A DNA stretch of 64,000 nt. Origin: an uncultured bacterium. GTDB lineage: Bacteria; Patescibacteriota; Minisyncoccia; UBA6257; 2-01-FULL-56-20. The notes under the pieces were generated by a model, which saw nothing but the letters and a program-made list of their open reading frames with translations, was not told where the DNA came from and made no database searches. The position numbers were made by a program, and so were the translations under genes. The stretch is taken from contig OY970126.1 of the NCBI GenBank assembly GCA_963705915.1, forward strand, positions 408,616-472,615. Reading direction: 5' to 3'. This document shows positions 27,650 to 38,612 of the stretch, in pieces (the stretch's first letter is position 1; every line of letters starts with the position of its first letter).

Positions 27650-29449
27650 ATGGTTAGTATGCCTGCAAAAGCCGAATCATCCGCGAAGATAACTTCGTCT
27701 CCGGAGAATCTCGACCCCATCCGCCACTCGCTCGCCCATCTTCTTGCGGCGGCGGTTTTGGAAAAATTTCCCGACGCAAAGCTCGGCATCGGCCCCACGA
27801 TCGAGAACGGGTTTTATTATGATTTTGAACTTCCCCGCTCGCTCACGCCCGATGATTTGAAGGAGCTCGAGGTGGCAATGCGAAAGCTCATTAATAAAAA
27901 GCTTCCATTTATCGGACGAGAGGTTTCGCCTGCAGAAGCCAAAAAACTTTTTGCGAAGCAGCCCTTCAAGCTCGATCTCATAAAAGAATTCTCCGCTGAA
28001 AGCAAAAAACTGACCGTCTATGAAACCGGCGATATCTTTATGGATCTCTGTCGCGGCGGCCACGTCGAAAATACATCGGAAATTCCCGCGGACGGATTCA
28101 TGCTCGACAAAATTGCCGGAGCTTATTGGCGCGGCGATGAAAAAAATCCGCAACTGCAGCGGATCTACGGCCTCGCATTTGGGAGCAAAGAAGAACTAAA
28201 AAAGCATTTGGCGATGCGCGAGGAAGCCAAGAAACGCGATCACAAGATACTCGGCCCGGCGCTTGACCTCTTCACGTTCTCAGATCTCGTGGGCCCCGGC
28301 TTGCCGCTCTGGACGCCGAAAGGCACGACGGTCCGGGATATTCTCGACAATGCCGTCTGGGAGCTCCGTAAGAAAGCTGGCTATGAGCGGGTGGATATTC
28401 CGCACATCACCAAAAAAGAGCTTTACGAAACGAGTGGCCACTGGGATAAATTCAAAGACGAACTCTTCAAGATCACAACGCGCGAGAAACACCTCTATGC
28501 GATGAAGCCGATGAACTGTCCGCATCACACGCAAATTTATAACCGGAGACAATGGAGCTACCGTGAACTCCCCCAACGCTACGCTTCGACCACGAAAGTC
28601 TATCGCGACGAACAATCGGGCGAACTCGCCGGACTTTCCCGCGTGCTTTCGATCACCCAAGACGACGCCCATGTGTTTTGCAGAAATTCACAAGTGAAAG
28701 ACGAGGTTTTTAAAATCTGGGATATCGTTACGCCGTTCTACGCCTATTTCGGATTTGAACTCGCCGTCCGACTCTCGCTCCACGACCCCGACCATCCGGA
28801 AAAATATTTGGGGACCCCGACACTCTGGAAAAAAGCCGAGTCCGCATTGCGCGATCTCGTGAAAGAAAAAGGCGCCAAAGCCATAGAAGCCATCGGCGAA
28901 GCCGCGCTCTACGGCCCCAAGATTGACTTCCTGGCAAAAGACTCTCTCGGCCGCGAGCACCAGGTTGCGACTATCCAGCTCGACATGAATCAGCCTGAAC
29001 GCTTTGACCTTTTCTGCATTAATGAAAAAGGCGAACACGAACGAATCGTCATGATCCATGCCGCAATCATGGGTTCGATCGAACGATTCCTTGCCATCGC
29101 CATCGAACATTATGCCGGAGCTTTCCCAACGTGGTTTGCTCCCGTGCAGGTGGCCATTCTCCCTATCAGCGAAAAGTTTTTAAGTTATGGCACAGAAGTG
29201 TACGAGGCATTATCATCGCACGGCATCCGTGCCGAACTCGGCGATGCCAATGAATCGCTCGGCAAACGGATCCGCGTGGCAGAACTCATGAAAATCCCCT
29301 ATGTGCTCGTGGTCGGCGAAAAAGAAACTGCCGCAAAGACCGTTGCGGTGCGCAGCCGCAAGGGCGATGAGGGCGCTGAACCGATTGATAGTTTTATAAA
29401 AAAGGTAGAGAAGGAGATCGCAGAAAAAAATAACAGCCCCACAGCATAG
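27650..29449 (+). CDS. thrS: Threonyl-tRNA synthetase (no N-terminal TGS domain)
   Basis: Starts directly at N2/editing-like domain (IRHSLAHLLAAAV...GPTIENGFYYDF), class II core (HRDE..., GGRFVL-like), anticodon-binding domain; second in-frame ATG at 27659. Confidence 0.93.
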   Translation: MVSMPAKAESSAKITSSPENLDPIRHSLAHLLAAAVLEKFPDAKLGIGPTIENGFYYDFELPRSLTPDDLKELEVAMRKLINKKLPFIGREVSPAEAKKLFAKQPFKLDLIKEFSAESKKLTVYETGDIFMDLCRGGHVENTSEIPADGFMLDKIAGAYWRGDEKNPQLQRIYGLAFGSKEELKKHLAMREEAKKRDHKILGPALDLFTFSDLVGPGLPLWTPKGTTVRDILDNAVWELRKKAGYERVDIPHITKKELYETSGHWDKFKDELFKITTREKHLYAMKPMNCPHHTQIYNRRQWSYRELPQRYASTTKVYRDEQSGELAGLSRVLSITQDDAHVFCRNSQVKDEVFKIWDIVTPFYAYFGFELAVRLSLHDPDHPEKYLGTPTLWKKAESALRDLVKEKGAKAIEAIGEAALYGPKIDFLAKDSLGREHQVATIQLDMNQPERFDLFCINEKGEHERIVMIHAAIMGSIERFLAIAIEHYAGAFPTWFAPVQVAILPISEKFLSYGTEVYEALSSHGIRAELGDANESLGKRIRVAELMKIPYVLVVGEKETAAKTVAVRSRKGDEGAEPIDSFIKKVEKEIAEKNNSPTA

Positions 29450-29462
29450 GAATGCTGCGGGG
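29421..29462 (-). terminator. Rho-independent terminator for the minus-strand operon ending at 29472 (overlaps thrS stop)
   Basis: 12-bp stem (one A.C mismatch) GCCCCACAGCAT/ATGCTGCGGGGC with AGGA loop, followed on minus strand by TGTTATTTTTTTCTG. Confidence 0.4.
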
Positions 29463-29471
29463 CGTTGGATG

Positions 29472-29615
29472 TTAACGGTGCTGCCGGAGATATTCATCGT
29501 ACGAATGTTGCCATGATGAATCTGCGCTGTTCCCGCTCTTGAATAAAAGACAAAGAACAGCTGCAATAAGTCCGACAAATACGATCGGGCCGCAAATCAG
29601 TAAAAAAGTAGGCAC
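29472..29615 (-). CDS. Candidate small membrane protein (47 aa, GTG start)
   Basis: AAGGAGG SD 8 nt upstream of GTG 29615; MPTFLLICGPIVFVGLIAAVLCLLFKSG... single TM; followed by terminator; below track length cutoff. Confidence 0.3.
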   Translation of the reverse strand: MPTFLLICGPIVFVGLIAAVLCLLFKSGNSADSSWQHSYDEYLRQHR

Positions 29616-29637
29616 TGCGATGGCCTCCTTTGAGGGA

Positions 29638-30042
29638 TTACGGTCTCGCGGGACGCGAGATCCGTTCGTACCAATTGCGCCGTTTCGCGAACTTCACGAG
29701 CACTTCTCGCCGCGAGCCATCGAGCAGCCGCAGAACGAGCCAGCGATCGTGCTTAGATAGGTCTTTCACTTTTGTAGACGAAGGCGCGATGGCCCCCTGC
29801 TTGACCTTGCCGATGAACGCACCGACGAGTTCGAACCAATGACCGTCGTATCCGATGATTCGCCCTCCTCGATTGAGCTCGTCAAACTTCAAACGCACGG
29901 GCACGATTACTTCTTCAACAGCCCGTGCGCGAATCTGCTTTCGCAGGCGCATCTCCCGTCGAAATTTCGACGCTAACCGTTGGGCGTGGAAAAGTTCAAA
30001 ACCTGAATTGGTGATGTCAAAGCTCTGCAGAATGCCGTCCAT
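29638..30042 (-). CDS. Hypothetical protein (134 aa)
   Basis: Start ATG 30042 preceded by AAGGGGG SD; no recognisable domain. Confidence 0.45.
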   Translation of the reverse strand: MDGILQSFDITNSGFELFHAQRLASKFRREMRLRKQIRARAVEEVIVPVRLKFDELNRGGRIIGYDGHWFELVGAFIGKVKQGAIAPSSTKVKDLSKHDRWLVLRLLDGSRREVLVKFAKRRNWYERISRPARP

Positions 30043-30112
30043 AACGACCCCCTTCTGTAGGTTACCGGAATACATTCTACCATATTAGAAAATAATGTCA
30101 AATACCCCGATG

Positions 30113-30649
30113 CTACTCTCTTTTCTTTATAAACGTTATGGATCCTGGCGCATAGCTGATATACTCTTCCTCTTTCCCTATATAGCTTTCGATGATAGCC
30201 ATCCCCCGTCCGCCCAACGAGAATTCTGCTTGTTGAGGGATGTGATCCTTGCCCTTGGGAGGTTCAAAATCTCCTTCGTCGGTTATCGTCGCCTTGGCTT
30301 CTCTCGGTGAAAAACGGAATTGCACAGTGACGCTCTTCTGTCCCTTTTCCGTATTGGCCGCGTCATCAAATGACTTGTCATACGCAATACTATCTTCAAT
30401 AGTTGCCGTCTCTTTTTTCTTGGGGATCCGCAAGTTGCCGTGGACTATGGCGTTCGTTACTGCTTCGCGAACGCAAAGGGAAAACATCATCACGTCATGA
30501 TCGGGCCATCCCAATTTTTCAAGTTCTTTTTCAGCCATGATTCCAGCTTCTTCAATGGAAGCACGCTGGCTTGGCAGGGAAAGTTCTTTCTCGAACAGAT
30601 GCTCTATCTTCGCTTCAGTGTTCGATTCAGGTTTCGATTCGGGCGACAT
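30113..30649 (-). CDS. RsbW/SpoIIAB-like serine-protein kinase (HATPase_c anti-sigma factor family)
   Basis: EAVTNAIVHGN and GGRGMAII motifs of anti-sigma-factor kinases; start ATG 30649 one nt after stop of upstream gene. Confidence 0.6.
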   Translation of the reverse strand: MSPESKPESNTEAKIEHLFEKELSLPSQRASIEEAGIMAEKELEKLGWPDHDVMMFSLCVREAVTNAIVHGNLRIPKKKETATIEDSIAYDKSFDDAANTEKGQKSVTVQFRFSPREAKATITDEGDFEPPKGKDHIPQQAEFSLGGRGMAIIESYIGKEEEYISYAPGSITFIKKRE

Positions 30650-30650
30650 G

Positions 30651-31121
30651 TTATTGCGCGGTCCCGGCACTGAACATAACCGGAATATTAAATGATTCTG
30701 CGTTCGCGACGGCACCCGACGGATTATCTTTTGCAAACATGATACTACCAGTCGCGGTTTGCGGCTGCTTGAATGAAATAGTCGCCACAAAATTTACGGT
30801 GCCCGTCGAGGTCCATGTGGATGTTGGCTTCGCTTGCGCTTGACCTTGTCCCAAAACTGTTCCATTGGCGTCGAGCACTTCTACCGGAAACGTTCCTTCG
30901 AAAAACCATCCGCCGCCGGTTACCGTTCCCGATATCGAAACCGGTGAGGCAATTGCTGTGTTTGGTTCGGGCGCATTCACCATCACGTGATTATCGGGTG
31001 ACATCATAAGCGCCATTTCGCTGCCGGAATTCGAAGGCTTCGGCGCAGGATTATAAAATACGAGAATACCAAGGAGCACAACAATCACAACACCGAGTAT
31101 GATGGCAATTTTCTTTGCCAT
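30651..31121 (-). CDS. Membrane-anchored Gmad2 immunoglobulin-like domain protein
   Basis: N-terminal TM; SPVSISGTVTGGGWFFEGTFPVEVLDANGTVLGQGQAQA...VNFVATISF matches Gmad2/GerM-associated Ig-like domain. Confidence 0.55.
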   Translation of the reverse strand: MAKKIAIILGVVIVVLLGILVFYNPAPKPSNSGSEMALMMSPDNHVMVNAPEPNTAIASPVSISGTVTGGGWFFEGTFPVEVLDANGTVLGQGQAQAKPTSTWTSTGTVNFVATISFKQPQTATGSIMFAKDNPSGAVANAESFNIPVMFSAGTAQ

Positions 31122-31123
31122 AG

Positions 31124-31390
31124 TTAGAGGGCGCCTTCGGCGCGCAAGAGCGCAACTTTCTTTTTGATGCCATACCTATATCCGCCCATCGTGCCGTCGG
31201 AACGGATCACGCGATGGCACGGCACCCGTTTTGTGTCTGGATTGTGCGCCATGATGTTTCCAACCGCACGCGATGCACCCGGGCTTCCGGCGCGGCGGGC
31301 GACTTCGCTATAGGTCATGGTTTTCCCGCGCGGAATCCCTGCAACGACCGCATATACTTTTTCGGTGAACGATATCTTGCCTGATTTCAT
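31124..31390 (-). CDS. MGMT-family DNA-binding domain protein (methylated-DNA-protein-cysteine methyltransferase C-terminal domain, 88 aa)
   Basis: YSEVARRAGSPGASRAVGNIMAHNPDTKRVPCHRVIRSDGTMGGY with PCHRV active-site motif. Confidence 0.7.
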   Translation of the reverse strand: MKSGKISFTEKVYAVVAGIPRGKTMTYSEVARRAGSPGASRAVGNIMAHNPDTKRVPCHRVIRSDGTMGGYRYGIKKKVALLRAEGAL

Positions 31391-31435
31391 GCTCCCATTA
31401 TACCGCGAATCATGATGAAAATAAAAATGGCCAGA

Positions 31436-31939
31436 TTATCTCTGGCCACTGCCTTCCTTGATCCTTATGACCTTTTGAAAGATCCCGCTTGGTTTCACGC
31501 CCACCAACCAGATTTCGTCGATGTAATGCGTTTTGGTTTTTCGAGGACTAACATCATCTTCTGCCAAGCCGCTCTTCTCAAAATTCTCGATCGCTTCCAA
31601 AACAACGTTCGCCGCTTTGTGCAATCGCTCAACGGCCTCACTCACGTTCTCCTCAAAAACGGGCACCATGAGAATTACCGTCTTTACATAAGGTTCTTTG
31701 ACGGCTTCGATGATGTCTCGCAGTGGGACCTTCCGCTTCGATTCGTTGCTTGAGGTCAAAACTCGTGCGCCCGCATAGTGAAATGAATTCACGATTCTTT
31801 TGTCGAATTTGCGGGTTGTAATTCTGTAGGCATTTCCATACTTGATCCTCCCGTCCCAGACCGCGATCGCCTTGGGCTGCAGCTCATCCGACATACCAGA
31901 GTTGCCAATCTTCACAAAGCCTTCTGCTTCAAACTTCAT
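31436..31939 (-). CDS. Hypothetical protein (167 aa)
   Basis: ORF with coding-like composition; no recognisable motif. Confidence 0.4.
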   Translation of the reverse strand: MKFEAEGFVKIGNSGMSDELQPKAIAVWDGRIKYGNAYRITTRKFDKRIVNSFHYAGARVLTSSNESKRKVPLRDIIEAVKEPYVKTVILMVPVFEENVSEAVERLHKAANVVLEAIENFEKSGLAEDDVSPRKTKTHYIDEIWLVGVKPSGIFQKVIRIKEGSGQR

Positions 31940-32052
31940 TGCTCCGCTCCTGGTTTTGATATTTGCTACCGCAAAGAATACAATATTTTTTTCCTTTAGT
32001 CAAAAATTAAAAAGCCGAGAGATCGCTCTCGGCTCAAAATACATCGCCACCA

Positions 32053-32465
32053 CTATGCCGCTCTGTACAATCCATCGAAACCGGCAAAAACAGCATGGAT
32101 GGCGAATTTTGGGAATCGCTCGGCCGCAACGTGCTTTGCCTCTTTGAGCATTGCCTCGTAAAAGTTCGGATCCCTGTTGCCCTTGCACGCCGCACATTCG
32201 TTGTGAGCCGTGAGGTAAAGCGTGGTAAAACCATGGGTTGCAAGGAGCTCGATTTGTTCGAGAACAAATTCGCGATCCCGCGGGTCTTTGGGATCCACGA
32301 GCACTTTCGCGCCGCCGGGGATGATAATGGGATCGGCTTTCTTGAAATCTTTCGTCGAAACGAATGCTCGGCGCAACGCTTCAAAGCGCTGGTCGGAACA
32401 CCACAGGAAACATTCATGGTTCGTGTAATGCGCCTGCGGTGAGTCGTAGCTCCAAATCTTTTCCA

Positions 32466-32469
<4 letters not shown>
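32053..32469 (-). CDS. Hypothetical protein (138 aa) with conserved Cys (CFLWC, HNECAAC)
   Basis: ATGA overlap with atpC stop at 32466-32469; no recognisable domain. Confidence 0.4.
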
Positions 32470-34098
<1,629 letters not shown>

Positions 34099-34117
34099 GG
34101 GTTTAATGAAAAAATAA

Positions 34118-35051
34118 TTATTGCATCGCCTGCGCACCGGACGTGACCTCGATGATCTGACTCGTGATCGCGGCCTGACGATTCTTGTTGTATACGACGT
34201 TTAAGGTTTCTTTGAGATCGCTCGCGTTATCCGAGGCGTTCTTCATCGCCACGCGGCGGGCAGAATGTTCGGAGGCGTTTGCTTCGAGGATCATGTGATA
34301 GATGCGAATTTTGAGAAGCTGCGGGTGCAAGCTCGGCGAGCACTTCTGCGGGCGATGGTTCGATGATGAAATCGGTTTCTTTGCCGTCAAAAAACGCTTC
34401 TGATTTTGCATATTCGGAATATCGGCCGGCACGCGGGATGGTGTCTTCAATTGATTCGCGTACTTTTTCGTAGCTGATCGGAAGAAACTCGCGAGCTACG
34501 GCATCTTGTCGCAAAGCCGTGACGAACGTTGTGAAAAATGCGATAACACTATCGAAATCATGACGTAAATATCCTTCGATGAGAACGTCGGCGATCGGAT
34601 CGGCCTCTTGCATCTTCATGAGGTCGCCAACACGCACAAACGATTGGATCACATTGAATCCTCGGCGCTCGAGATAGGTCTTTGCCTTTTGGCCGATGGC
34701 GACGAAAGAATACTTCGGATCGAGGAGGTCGATTTTGTTTTCGCGAAGATATGCCTCGAACCGGCGGATGACGGCGCCATTGAACGATCCTGCGAGGCCC
34801 TTGTCTGATGTCATCAAAAGAAATGCCGTATTTTGGATTGGCCGAGTTTTTAAAAGTTCTGGCATGGGAACATCTTCCATGTGCGAAAGCATACCAAGGA
34901 GCTCAAGCGCGGCATAGGCATACGGACGGGAATTCAAGGCGAGCTCTTGCGCACGGCGCATCTTGGTTGCCGCCACAAGCTCCATCGCCTTCGTGATGGT
35001 CCCGATATTCGTGACGCTTCGTATGCGCCGCTGGAGTGATTTGTCCGGATT
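34118..35051 (-). pseudogene. atpG: F1 ATP synthase gamma subunit, frameshifted near C-terminus and lacking a separate start (in frame with alpha C-terminus)
   Basis: SLQRRIRSVTNIGTITKAMELVAATKMRRAQE... in one frame; C-terminal [45 protein letters not shown] in another frame (shift near 34330); no stop between alpha C-terminal residues (FLKQVIW) and gamma N-terminus. Confidence 0.8.
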
Positions 35052-36591
35052 CCATATTACTTGTTTAAGAAATTTGCGATTGCGCTCTTTCAATGCGCTT
35101 TCGGTCTCTTCTTTGAAATCTCCCGTCTCGCGGATCGGTTTCAAAATATCGTTCTCGTGTAAACGGTTTAGATATTCGATGAAATGAGTTTCGGTATTTT
35201 TAATCTCTTCCACAGGCAATGCTTTCAAAGTAGTCATTTAGCACGGCGTAGAAAATGCACACTTGTTGTTCAACTGGCACCGGCGCTTGATCATCCTGCT
35301 TTAATATTTCGTTAATCTTTTGCCCTTGGGCAATGCGCTTTTTTGTGGCCTCGTCGACGTCGGTCGCGAATTGCACGAACGCCTGGAGTTCGCGGAATTG
35401 TGCATGGGCAAGCTTGAGTTTGCCGGCAACTTTCTTCATCGCTTTCGTCTGCGCGGCTGAACCCACGCGCGAAACGGAGATACCGACGTTCAACGCCGGA
35501 CGCTGGCCCTGGTTGAACAAGATCGGTTTCCAAAAAAATCTGCCCATCGGTGATGGAAATGATGTTCGTCGGGATGTATGCCGTCACGTCGCCGAGCTGG
35601 GTTTCAACGATCGGAAGCGCGGTGAGCGATCCCCCGCCTTTTTCTTTTGAAAGTTTTGCGGCGCGTTCAAGAAGGCGTGAGTGGAGATAGAAGACGTCGC
35701 CCGGATACGCTTCGCGGCCCGGCGGACGCTGGAGCAAGCAACGAAATCTGCCGGTACGCCCACGCATGCTTGGAAAGATCGTCATAGACGATCAACGCGT
35801 CCATTCCTTTGTCCCGGAAATATTCACCGATCGCGGCAGCCGGCATACGGCGCAAGATACCATTGCGCTGCGGGAGACGATGCCGACGCGGCGACGATGA
35901 TGGAATATTTCAACGCGTCGAACTTTTTGAGCGTTTCCGCGATCTTTCACGATCTTGGATTCTTTCTGCCCGATCGCAACATAAATACAAATCGGCGGTC
36001 CGGCGGCCGGTGTCGTTCTTTTGGTTCAAAATGGCGTCGAGTGCGATGGCGGTCTTGCCGGTGGCACGGTCGCCGATGATGAGTTCGCGCTGGCCGCGGC
36101 CAATCGGGATCATGGCGTCGATCGCCTTGATGCCGGTATGCACCGGCGTATCCACGCCTTCTCGTTCCAGAACGGACGGTGCCCGCGCTTCGAGGTTGTT
36201 CCGCTGGATCTTGCTGCCTTTTTTGAAAATTTCGCCCAAGCCGTCATGTGGTTCGCCCAAGGGATCCACAACGCGACCGATAAGCTCATCGCCTACCTCA
36301 ATCGAAAGCACTTCGCCCGTGCGCTTGACCGTGTTGCCGACCTCGATCGAAAGAAAGTCGCCAAGCACGAGCGCGCCGATGGATTCTTCTTCTAGGTTCA
36401 GTGCGAGCGCGGCCCGTTGCGCCTTTCTCCGTTTCAATCATTAAAATTTCCTGGCTGACGGCGTTCCGCAAGCCCAAGATTTTCACGATGCCGTCGCCCA
36501 CCTCAATCACGCGACCAATTTCGGCCCATTCGGGCTTTTCCTTATATCCTTCAATCTCTCGTTTAAGTTTTTCGATTATTTCGTAGGACAT
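35052..36591 (-). pseudogene. atpA: F1 ATP synthase alpha subunit, interrupted by at least 6 frameshifts
   Basis: Alpha segments in alternating frames: MSYEIIEKLKREIEGY...[11 protein letters not shown] | [17 protein letters not shown]...[34 protein letters not shown] | [33 protein letters not shown] | [30 protein letters not shown]...[12 protein letters not shown] | [31 protein letters not shown]... | LKALPVEEIKN...FLKQVIW. Confidence 0.85.
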
Positions 36592-36608
36592 AGTAATTTC
36601 ATAACCTG

Positions 36609-37001
36609 CTATACATTAAATAACGCATCCAACTTTCCTTTGAGCGACCCATCAAACTGCATTTCGTCGTTCACGATCAGCCGCACGCCGGCGATGATCG
36701 AGGGATCAATCGCGCGCTCAACCACATCATCTTTCTTTAAAAACTTTGCAATTTCTTTTTCTTGCGCTGCGGTGAGGGCTCGTGCGGATTCCACCGAAAC
36801 TTTCCTGATTCCGGCTGCGCCACGGGCGAACCGGGCGGCTTCTTCAAGAATTTTTCGGAGATGCACCTCGTCGCCGTTCCGCCGTACGAGTTCCAAAAAA
36901 TTTTTGACGATCTTTGCGGAATCTTTCTCGCCGTCTTTTTTATAGGTATCCGCAATCACCTCGGCAAGCGCTTTTGCATAAATGTGAGTCGGATATCTCA
37001 T
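36609..37001 (-). CDS. atpH: F0F1 ATP synthase delta (OSCP) subunit, short form
   Basis: Position between atpF and atpA; C-terminal VRLIVNDEMQFDGSLKGKLDAL typical of delta. Confidence 0.7.
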   Translation of the reverse strand: MRYPTHIYAKALAEVIADTYKKDGEKDSAKIVKNFLELVRRNGDEVHLRKILEEAARFARGAAGIRKVSVESARALTAAQEKEIAKFLKKDDVVERAIDPSIIAGVRLIVNDEMQFDGSLKGKLDALFNV

Positions 37002-37498
37002 GAGCGGCTCACTTCTTTTACCGCCCGCGCGATCAGGGCGTCGTCGATTTTTTCCGGGGAAAGCTCGACCGTCTTTGCGATCGCCATCCGAACCATGGCC
37101 ACGGCCTCCCGCTCCATATTCCGTTGCGACTCCTCCTCCTTGGCACGAATCGCCGCTTCCGTCGCCGCAAGCTCACTCGCTTCCTTGCGCCGAGCTTCAG
37201 CGAGCAAACGGGCTTCGAGCTCTTTTGCTTCACCTTCGGTCTTCTTCACAATATCGAGCGCCTGAGCTTCACCTTCGTGAATCTTTTGTTTCTTCATCTG
37301 TTCCGCTTCGAGGAGACGTCGGTCGGCTTCATCGGCCTTCGTTAAACCTTCTTCGATGCGGGCTCGGCGTTCATGCAACAATTTCATCAAAGGCTTATAC
37401 GCCACGAGTCTCAATATGATGAGAAGCAAAGCAAAGTTAATGGCCTGGCTGAGAAGCAGGCGCCAATCAATGCCCAATTGAGATAGTAACTGTTGCAT
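36998..37498 (-). CDS. atpF: F0F1 ATP synthase subunit b
   Basis: N-terminal TM (NFALLLIILRLVAY) followed by long charged helix; operon position. Confidence 0.8.
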   Translation of the reverse strand: MQQLLSQLGIDWRLLLSQAINFALLLIILRLVAYKPLMKLLHERRARIEEGLTKADEADRRLLEAEQMKKQKIHEGEAQALDIVKKTEGEAKELEARLLAEARRKEASELAATEAAIRAKEEESQRNMEREAVAMVRMAIAKTVELSPEKIDDALIARAVKEVSRS

Positions 37499-37519
37499 AT
37501 GGCTGCGGATTACGATGGG

Positions 37520-37750
37520 TTACGCGACGAACTTCAAGATGAGCGCTACGACGAGCGCGTAGATCGCGATAGCCTCCGCGAACGCGATGGCCAAGATTGC
37601 CATCGTCTGGATCTGCGAGGCTGCTTCCGGATTGCGGCCGATGGCGTCCACCGCCTTTGAACCGATCCAACCAATCGCAAGCGCCGGGACGATCGTGCCC
37701 ATGCCGATAGCGGCCGCGGTGGCGATTAAACGAATGCTATTAACGTCCAT
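37520..37750 (-). CDS. atpE: F0F1 ATP synthase subunit c
   Basis: Two-TM hairpin, GRNPEA loop, conserved carboxylate in FAEAIAIYALVVALIL. Confidence 0.9.
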   Translation of the reverse strand: MDVNSIRLIATAAAIGMGTIVPALAIGWIGSKAVDAIGRNPEAASQIQTMAILAIAFAEAIAIYALVVALILKFVA

Positions 37751-37788
37751 AAATGCTTAATTATTTTTTAATGATTTCCTCCGACCTT

Positions 37789-38562
37789 TTACTGTGCGAC
37801 GAGATGGGTCGCCGGTTCGTGGGTTCCTTCATCTCCTCCGTGCGCCGTAACGGCCATAGCGATGAAGACAAGGGTGAGCATGCCGAAAATGAATGCCTGG
37901 ATGAATCCCACGAAGATTTCTAGGAACATGAACGGCAGCGGCACAAGGTATGGAACCAAAAAGGCCATGATGGCCAAAAGTACCTCGCCCGCGAATACGT
38001 TGCCGAAGAGACGGAATGAGAACGAGATTATTTTAGCAAACTCAGAGATAAGTTCAAGGATGCCGATAAAAAAATCGATCGGCCCCTTGAAGTTGAAAAA
38101 TACCGATAGACGTCCTTTGAGGCCAATCGCGGCCGCGCCGAATACATTCACGAACGTAACGGCGATGAGCGCGAGTGCCAATGTGAAATTCAAATCGCTC
38201 GCTGGCGAGCGCAAAAGCGGTACCGAACCGCCGCTTTGATTCACGAGTATAGAGCTCACACCGGGAATCAATCCGAACCAATTCGAAAACAAAACAAACA
38301 GGAAGATGGTGAAAATAAGCGGCAAATATTTTTCTGACGCCTTACGGTCGCCAAGCACCGAGTCCATAAGATCGAGCGCTCCCTCCACCATGAACTCAAA
38401 AATGTTCTGCAGCGTTCCCGGCACGAGCGAAAGTTTCCGACGCATGATGAGCGCAAGGGCGGCGAGCACAACCACGACGATGAACGCAAGCAAAACAGCG
38501 TTCGTCACCGGCCAGCTCCCGATGTGAAAAATCTCCTCGGCTTTGAGAGAAATCTGCAACAT
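37789..38562 (-). CDS. atpB: F0F1 ATP synthase subunit a
   Basis: Multi-TM; conserved LSFRLFGNVFAGE (essential Arg) and C-terminal helices. Confidence 0.9.
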   Translation of the reverse strand: MLQISLKAEEIFHIGSWPVTNAVLLAFIVVVVLAALALIMRRKLSLVPGTLQNIFEFMVEGALDLMDSVLGDRKASEKYLPLIFTIFLFVLFSNWFGLIPGVSSILVNQSGGSVPLLRSPASDLNFTLALALIAVTFVNVFGAAAIGLKGRLSVFFNFKGPIDFFIGILELISEFAKIISFSFRLFGNVFAGEVLLAIMAFLVPYLVPLPFMFLEIFVGFIQAFIFGMLTLVFIAMAVTAHGGDEGTHEPATHLVAQ

Positions 38563-38612
38563 ATGGGGAATACTATCAAAAAAACCCGGGGTTTACCAGG
38601 TTTTATGATTTT

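Noticed and set aside
27562-27650. T-box or other riboswitch leaders upstream of aaRS genes (thrS, valS, leuS, serS, metG)
   Set aside because: All 5' regions are under 100 nt (several are leaderless), too short for T-box or other aptamer structures.
34118-36591. Interpreting the F1 frame changes as programmed ribosomal frameshifting or intein/intron insertions
   Set aside because: More than 12 independent shifts with no conserved slippery motifs and no inserted sequence between conserved blocks; consistent only with indels (real or artefactual).
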